In this document: piece after piece, positions 59,015 to 64,000 of the stretch | Layout: the number at the start of each line of letters is the position of its first letter | Numbering within the stretch: position 1 is the stretch's first letter | DNA from: Nitrosopumilus sp. | GTDB lineage: Archaea; Thermoproteota; Nitrososphaeria; Nitrososphaerales; Nitrosopumilaceae | Reading direction: 5' to 3' | Length of the DNA: 64,000 bases | Assembly: GCA_965224195.1 (NCBI GenBank) | Contig: OZ245040.1 | Coordinates: forward strand, 448,001-512,000 | Program-made: the position numbers and the translations under genes | The notes under the pieces: generated by a model | What the model saw: only the letters and a program-made list of their open reading frames with translations | Databases searched by the model: none | Told to the model about the DNA's origin: nothing

Positions 59015-59434
59015 ATGGTGAATTACTGGTTAGCAAAACAAGAACCTAGTGGACCGAGAGGATATAATTTTGAACAATTCAAAAAAGAAAAAACAACAGT
59101 GTGGGATGGGGTTCATAATAATTTAGCATTAAAGCATATGCGAGAAATGAAATCCGGTGATCTAGTATTATTTTATCATACGGGAGATGAACGACAAGCC
59201 GTTGGAATTATGCAAGTTACTTCAAAACCATATTCAAATCCTAAAGAAGATGTAGAGAGATTCATTGTAGTTGATGTGAAATATAAAAAAACATTGAAAC
59301 GCCCAGTAACCCTTGACGAAATGAAAAAAGAGAAAAAATTCAAGGATTGGGAATTAATTAGAATTTCAAGGTTATCTGTAATGCCAGTACCCAAACCCAT
59401 CTGGGATAATGTTGTAAAGATGTCTCAAAACTAA
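59015..59434 (+). CDS. EVE domain protein
   Basis: YWLAKQEP, WDGVHN, GDLVLFYHT, SRLSVMPV. Confidence 0.93.
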   Translation: MVNYWLAKQEPSGPRGYNFEQFKKEKTTVWDGVHNNLALKHMREMKSGDLVLFYHTGDERQAVGIMQVTSKPYSNPKEDVERFIVVDVKYKKTLKRPVTLDEMKKEKKFKDWELIRISRLSVMPVPKPIWDNVVKMSQN

Positions 59435-59446
59435 CAATAATTGGAA

Positions 59447-59486
59447 ATTGATATAATTATTGATATAATTATTGATATAATTATTG
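59447..59486. repeat. 12-bp tandem repeat ATTGATATAATT x3.3
   Basis: Read directly from the sequence. Confidence 0.9.
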
Positions 59487-59532
59487 CTGAGATTCTGTAA
59501 TATTTTTTTCTTTAATTCAAAAATAAAAACTA

Positions 59533-59615
59533 GTCAGGTTTCCGAAGTATGGTATCGAGGTTGTCTGAAAAACAACAGCTTCCTAGGCACATGGGTTCGA
59601 ATCCAATACCTGACG
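59533..59615 (+). tRNA. atypical tRNA: GAA anticodon, long variable arm, G73
   Basis: GTCAGGT/ACCTGAC-G; D-loop AGTATGGTA; GTTGT-CTGAAAA-ACAAC; variable stem GCTT-CCT-AGGC; GG-TTCGAAT-CC. Confidence 0.8.
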
Positions 59616-59742
59616 GGTTTATTAATTATAATATGAATAATAATAAAAAGATTTATCGTTCTTGAGATTGAAATTCATATCTACATAACGTTACAGAACC
59701 TACAAAAGTATTCATTAAATACAATATGCCACAAATTATTTT

Positions 59743-62481
59743 GTGAGGCCCGAAGATAGTGCACGTCAAGAAATTGATAAAATGCTAATTGATTCAGGTT
59801 GGATAATTCAAGATCATGAGACTAGGAATCTTAGTGAATCGCTAGGTATTGCAGTAAGAGAATATCCGCTAAGTAAGGATAATGTAGATTATGCTCTTTT
59901 CATTAATTCTCAACCCGTAGGAGTAGTAGAGGCAAAAAAATATGGTCATACGTTAAGTGGCGTAGTAGAGCAATCTGAAAAATATCTAGATGGTTTGCAT
60001 GAAAAATTTACCCATTCACCAATACGACCTCCATTTTCATACGAAACCACGGGAATTGAGACAAAATTTGCAGACAGACGTGATCCTAATTTTCGCTCTC
60101 GTTATGTCTTTACATTTCACAGACCTGAATTGCTACAATCCTGGCTCAAAGAAGAGAAAACATTACGTGCAAGATTAAACAACATACCAAAATTGGATCC
60201 TGGTATACTTTGGGAGTGTCAAATTGAAGCCATCACAAATCTAGAGAATTCTCTTTCACAGAATAAACCACGTGCCTTAATTCAGATGGCAACAGGTTCT
60301 GGTAAAACATTCACTGCCGTAACTGCAATTTATCGATTAGTCAAATTTGCAAAGGCAAAAAAAATTTTATTTTTAGTTGACAGGTCAAATTTGGGCAGAC
60401 AGGCATTGCGTGAATTTCAACAGTATGAAACACCTGATGATGGGAGAAAATTTACTGACTTGTATAACGTACAACTGCTACAATCACACACAATTGATCC
60501 TGTCCCAAAAGTTGTAATCTCAACAATTCAAAGAATGTTTTCAATTCTAAAAAATGATAAAGACTATGAGGATGAAAATGATGAATTTTCATCGTTTGAA
60601 GATTTACAGGATGAAACTCCAGTTGAAGTACACTACAATGAAAATATGCCAATTGGAGAATTTGATTTTATTGTTATTGATGAATGTCATCGTTCTATTT
60701 ACAATAAATGGAAACAAGTTCTTGATTACTTTGATTCGTTTTTAATCGGATTGACTGCAACTCCGTCAAATGACACTGTAGGATTTTTCAACAACAACCA
60801 GGTAATGAGGTATACTCATGAGCGAGCAGTTGTAGATGGAGTCAATGTTGGATATCACATGTATAAAATCAAGACCAAAATAACTGATCAAGGGAGTACA
60901 GTAGATGCAGGTCAGTTTATTGAAAAACGTGACAGATTGACACGTAAACGAGAAGCAGAACTGCTTGACATTGACTTGATTTATGCTAAGAACGAACTTG
61001 ACAAATCTGTTGTGTCAAAAGACAGAATCAGATTAATAATTAAAACATTCAAGGAACGATTGCCTGAAATTTTCCCAAACAGGACCCATGTTCCAAAGAC
61101 TCTGATATTTGCAAAAGATGACTCTCATGCAGAAGACATTACAGGTATTGTACAAGAAGAGTTTGGGTTGGGAAATGAGTTTTGCAAAAAAATCACATAC
61201 AGAACCAAAGAAAAACCTGAAGATCTCATATCCAGTTTTAGGAATTCATCAATGCCTAGAATTGCAGTAACAGTTGACATGATTGCGACAGGAACTGACA
61301 TCAAGCCATTGGAATGCATTATCTTTATGCGAGATGTTAGAACTAGGAATTATTTTGATCAAATGAAAGGTCGTGGAACTAGAACAATAAAAAAAGACGA
61401 TTTGATTGCAGTGACTCCTGATGCTAAGAATAAAACACATTTTGTAATTGTTGATGCAGTAGGTTTACGAGAAGATTCAATGAGTGACACTCATTCTCTT
61501 TTACAAAAACCCAACGTATCTTTTACAAAATTATTGGACAAGGCAATTGACAAAAATGCGGATACTGGAGACATTGAAAGCTTGATTTATCGTTTATCTA
61601 GACTAGATAGAAAATTAAACCAAGAAGACAAGGATGAAATTGCAAATAATGGAAAGTCTCTTGTAGAAATAGGGAGAATTTTACTTGATGGAATTGATGC
61701 AGATAAAAGACTAGAACAAGCAAAAGAGCAGTTTGATACTGAAAAACCAACTGACGAACAGATTAGAATCGTATCAAAACAAATGATTGATGAATCTTGT
61801 AAAATTTTTGACTCATCGAAACTACGTAAAACCATACTTGATATCAAATCTAAAAATGAGCAAATTATTGATGATGTATCTATTGATGAATTATTAAAGG
61901 CAGGATTTACAGAACAAGTTAATTCCATTGATAAAAAAACAATAGAGAGATGGTCTGAATTTGTGGAGAAAAACAAGGATCAGATCACCGCACTTGACAT
62001 AATTTACTCAAAGCCTTACAGGATGAGAGAGATTACATTCTCAGATATCAAAGATTTGACAAACTCTATACGGAATCCACCATACAATCTCACATCAGAG
62101 ATGGTCTGGAACGCCTATTCTAGACTAGACAAGTCAAAGGTAAAGAAAAATCCAGCTAAAATGCTGACTGATTTGATATCTCTAGTTAGGTATTCTACAG
62201 GAAAAGAAGAATCATTATTGCCATTTTCAGATGTTGTAGATTCAAAGTTTGAAAAATGGCTGATACAGCAAGAGTCATCAGGGCGAGTATTTACAACAGA
62301 ACAAAAGGAATGGCTGCTTGAAATTAAAAAAGGAATAGCAAGTTCTGTCTCAATTGGCATTGAGGATTTGGATGAAATTCCATTTAACCAAAAGGGCGGT
62401 AGAGTAAAGTTTTATGAAATATTTGGAGATGATTATGAGAAGATTTTAGAAGAACTGCATGAGGTGTTGATTAATTCATGA
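59743..62481 (+). CDS. hsdR: type I restriction enzyme R subunit
   Basis: VDYALF...VEAKK nuclease, MATGSGKT, DECH, LTATP, QMKGRGTR; EcoEI-like C-terminus. Confidence 0.93.
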   Translation: MRPEDSARQEIDKMLIDSGWIIQDHETRNLSESLGIAVREYPLSKDNVDYALFINSQPVGVVEAKKYGHTLSGVVEQSEKYLDGLHEKFTHSPIRPPFSYETTGIETKFADRRDPNFRSRYVFTFHRPELLQSWLKEEKTLRARLNNIPKLDPGILWECQIEAITNLENSLSQNKPRALIQMATGSGKTFTAVTAIYRLVKFAKAKKILFLVDRSNLGRQALREFQQYETPDDGRKFTDLYNVQLLQSHTIDPVPKVVISTIQRMFSILKNDKDYEDENDEFSSFEDLQDETPVEVHYNENMPIGEFDFIVIDECHRSIYNKWKQVLDYFDSFLIGLTATPSNDTVGFFNNNQVMRYTHERAVVDGVNVGYHMYKIKTKITDQGSTVDAGQFIEKRDRLTRKREAELLDIDLIYAKNELDKSVVSKDRIRLIIKTFKERLPEIFPNRTHVPKTLIFAKDDSHAEDITGIVQEEFGLGNEFCKKITYRTKEKPEDLISSFRNSSMPRIAVTVDMIATGTDIKPLECIIFMRDVRTRNYFDQMKGRGTRTIKKDDLIAVTPDAKNKTHFVIVDAVGLREDSMSDTHSLLQKPNVSFTKLLDKAIDKNADTGDIESLIYRLSRLDRKLNQEDKDEIANNGKSLVEIGRILLDGIDADKRLEQAKEQFDTEKPTDEQIRIVSKQMIDESCKIFDSSKLRKTILDIKSKNEQIIDDVSIDELLKAGFTEQVNSIDKKTIERWSEFVEKNKDQITALDIIYSKPYRMREITFSDIKDLTNSIRNPPYNLTSEMVWNAYSRLDKSKVKKNPAKMLTDLISLVRYSTGKEESLLPFSDVVDSKFEKWLIQQESSGRVFTTEQKEWLLEIKKGIASSVSIGIEDLDEIPFNQKGGRVKFYEIFGDDYEKILEELHEVLINS

Positions 62482-63866
62482 ATGAATTGATTTTAGAAGA
62501 AAAGCAAAAATTACCAAATGGATGGAAAGAATCTAATCTAAATTTATTATCTTTAGTTGTTACAAAGGGTTCCACCCCAACCACTCATGGTTTTAAATAT
62601 CAAATAATGGGTATTAATTTTATTAAAGTAGAAAATATTGTTGATGGTTGGATAGATCAAAATACTGTTCATGAATTCATAAGTCAAGATACAAATGATT
62701 ATCTAAAACGTTCACAACTACAAGAAAATGATATTTTATTTTCAATAGCTGGAACTATTGGTAGAACTAGCATTATAAGAAAAATAGATTTACCTGCAAA
62801 TACAAATCAAGCAATTGCAATTATTAGATGTCCGTGGAAATATCTGAATCCAAAATACATCCGTTTGATTTTAGACTCTCCAATTTTATTTCATATATTT
62901 AGTCTTAAGACTCGTGGAGTTGGAATTTATAATCTTAGTTTAAATGATATTAAAGAATTAAAAATTCCAATTCCTCCACTAAACGAACAAAAAAGAATCG
63001 TAGCAAAAATTGAATCAATCTTCTCCCAGATTGATGCAGGACAAACCAAGCTAGATGCGGTTAAGATATTGTTGAAGCAACAGAAACAATCTGTTCTAAA
63101 AGTAGCTTTTGAAGGTAATCTTGTACCACAAGATCCAAATGATGAACCAGCTGAAGTATTATTAAAGAAAATTCATGTCGATTCAAAGATAGAATTTGAC
63201 AAAGAGAATCTTCCAAAGGGATGGATTAGAACAAAAATTGGATTTACTATTGATCCATCAAAAGACAGATTTGATCCGATTACAAATAAAAATAAAACAT
63301 TCATTGGTCTAGAGCACATTGAAAGTAATACTGGAAAGATTATTAGAAAAGGAGAATCAAAAAATCTTACAAGTACAAAAACAATATTCAGATCAGGGGA
63401 TATTTTGTATGGAAGACTACGTCCATATCTTAACAAAGTATGTGTCCCTAATTTTAACGGAGTATGTTCAACAGATATTCTAGTTTTAAAAAAAAACTCT
63501 TTTCTATCAAATAGATTTATTGCGTTATTTTTTGCAACCAATTGTTTTGTCACATATGCAAATGCAAATATGACTGGAGTCCAACATCCTCGTATTAGTT
63601 TCAAAAAAATCTCAATATTTACAATTCCACTTCCACCACTCAACGAACAACATCGCATAGTTACCAAAATCGAATCAATCTTTGGCAGAATTGATGCAAT
63701 TGAAAAGCAAGTAAATGATTCACTAATTAAGCTTGATCACTTGAAAAAAAGTGTACTCAAAAAGGCTTTTGAAGGCAAGCTTGTGCCACAGGATCCAAAT
63801 GATGAACCAGCATCTGTTTTATTGGATAAAATCAAATTAGAGAAATCTCATGTACAGAAAAAATAA
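62478..63866 (+). CDS. hsdS: type I restriction-modification specificity subunit
   Basis: Two TRDs, each followed by PPLNEQxRIVxKIE and AFEGxLVPQDPNDEPA. Confidence 0.95.
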   Translation: MNELILEEKQKLPNGWKESNLNLLSLVVTKGSTPTTHGFKYQIMGINFIKVENIVDGWIDQNTVHEFISQDTNDYLKRSQLQENDILFSIAGTIGRTSIIRKIDLPANTNQAIAIIRCPWKYLNPKYIRLILDSPILFHIFSLKTRGVGIYNLSLNDIKELKIPIPPLNEQKRIVAKIESIFSQIDAGQTKLDAVKILLKQQKQSVLKVAFEGNLVPQDPNDEPAEVLLKKIHVDSKIEFDKENLPKGWIRTKIGFTIDPSKDRFDPITNKNKTFIGLEHIESNTGKIIRKGESKNLTSTKTIFRSGDILYGRLRPYLNKVCVPNFNGVCSTDILVLKKNSFLSNRFIALFFATNCFVTYANANMTGVQHPRISFKKISIFTIPLPPLNEQHRIVTKIESIFGRIDAIEKQVNDSLIKLDHLKKSVLKKAFEGKLVPQDPNDEPASVLLDKIKLEKSHVQKK

Positions 63867-63877
63867 ATTTCCAAGAT

Positions 63878-64000
63878 CTAACTGATAAATTTAGATAAAA
63901 TTGTCTTTATTTCCAAAAATATCTTTTTGTTTATTTTTCCAATATTCATTTTAATCAGTTTTTTCTCCACACTAAAAATTCGATTTATTTTTACCCCACT
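63878..64000 (-). CDS. C-terminal part of a PemK/MazF-like toxin (truncated by window edge)
   Basis: Minus strand reads SGVKINRIFSVEKKLIKMNIGKINKKIFLEIKTILSKFIS*, resembling the MazF C-terminal pattern. Confidence 0.55.
   Translation of the reverse strand, partial: SGVKINRIFSVEKKLIKMNIGKINKKIFLEIKTILSKFIS

Noticed and set aside
59533-59615. tRNA-Ser(TGA), tRNA-Sec or 8/4 allo-tRNA
   Set aside because: The only 5-bp anticodon stem centres GAA, and the acceptor stem cannot extend past 7 bp.
1526-63667. Short antisense and alternate-frame ORFs inside core genes (e.g. 55814-56284, 57634-58056, 63173-63667)
   Set aside because: Shadow ORFs of well-supported genes, with no motifs or promoters.

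Overview
AT-rich window from an ammonia-oxidising archaeon (Nitrososphaerota, Nitrosopumilus-like), identified by the amoB<-/amoC-amoX-amoA-> cluster with probable amoY/amoZ next to it. Mostly core genome: a large membrane-anchored S8 protease, complex III (Rieske, cytochrome b, blue-copper protein), tRNA-modification genes (tgtA, kae1, bud32, pcc1, taw1, dus), TBP, serS, trpS, pheST, ribosomal proteins and five ordinary tRNAs, one with two introns. It also holds three tandem secreted thrombospondin-type-3-repeat genes with exact DNA-level super-repeats, a decayed integrase/IS5 island (about 46.1-49.0 kb), and the start of a defence island (type I hsdR-hsdS plus a partial MazF-like toxin). Reading the intergenic DNA gave features absent from the ORF track. 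The most notable is a tRNA-like gene with a Phe (GAA) anticodon but a Ser-type body, just downstream of pheST. Others are an H/ACA-like two-hairpin RNA, a C/D-box sRNA, a twin-hairpin sRNA candidate beside the P-II gene, two 27-33 aa membrane peptides and shared promoter motifs. All calls come from motif recognition by eye; no database searches were run.
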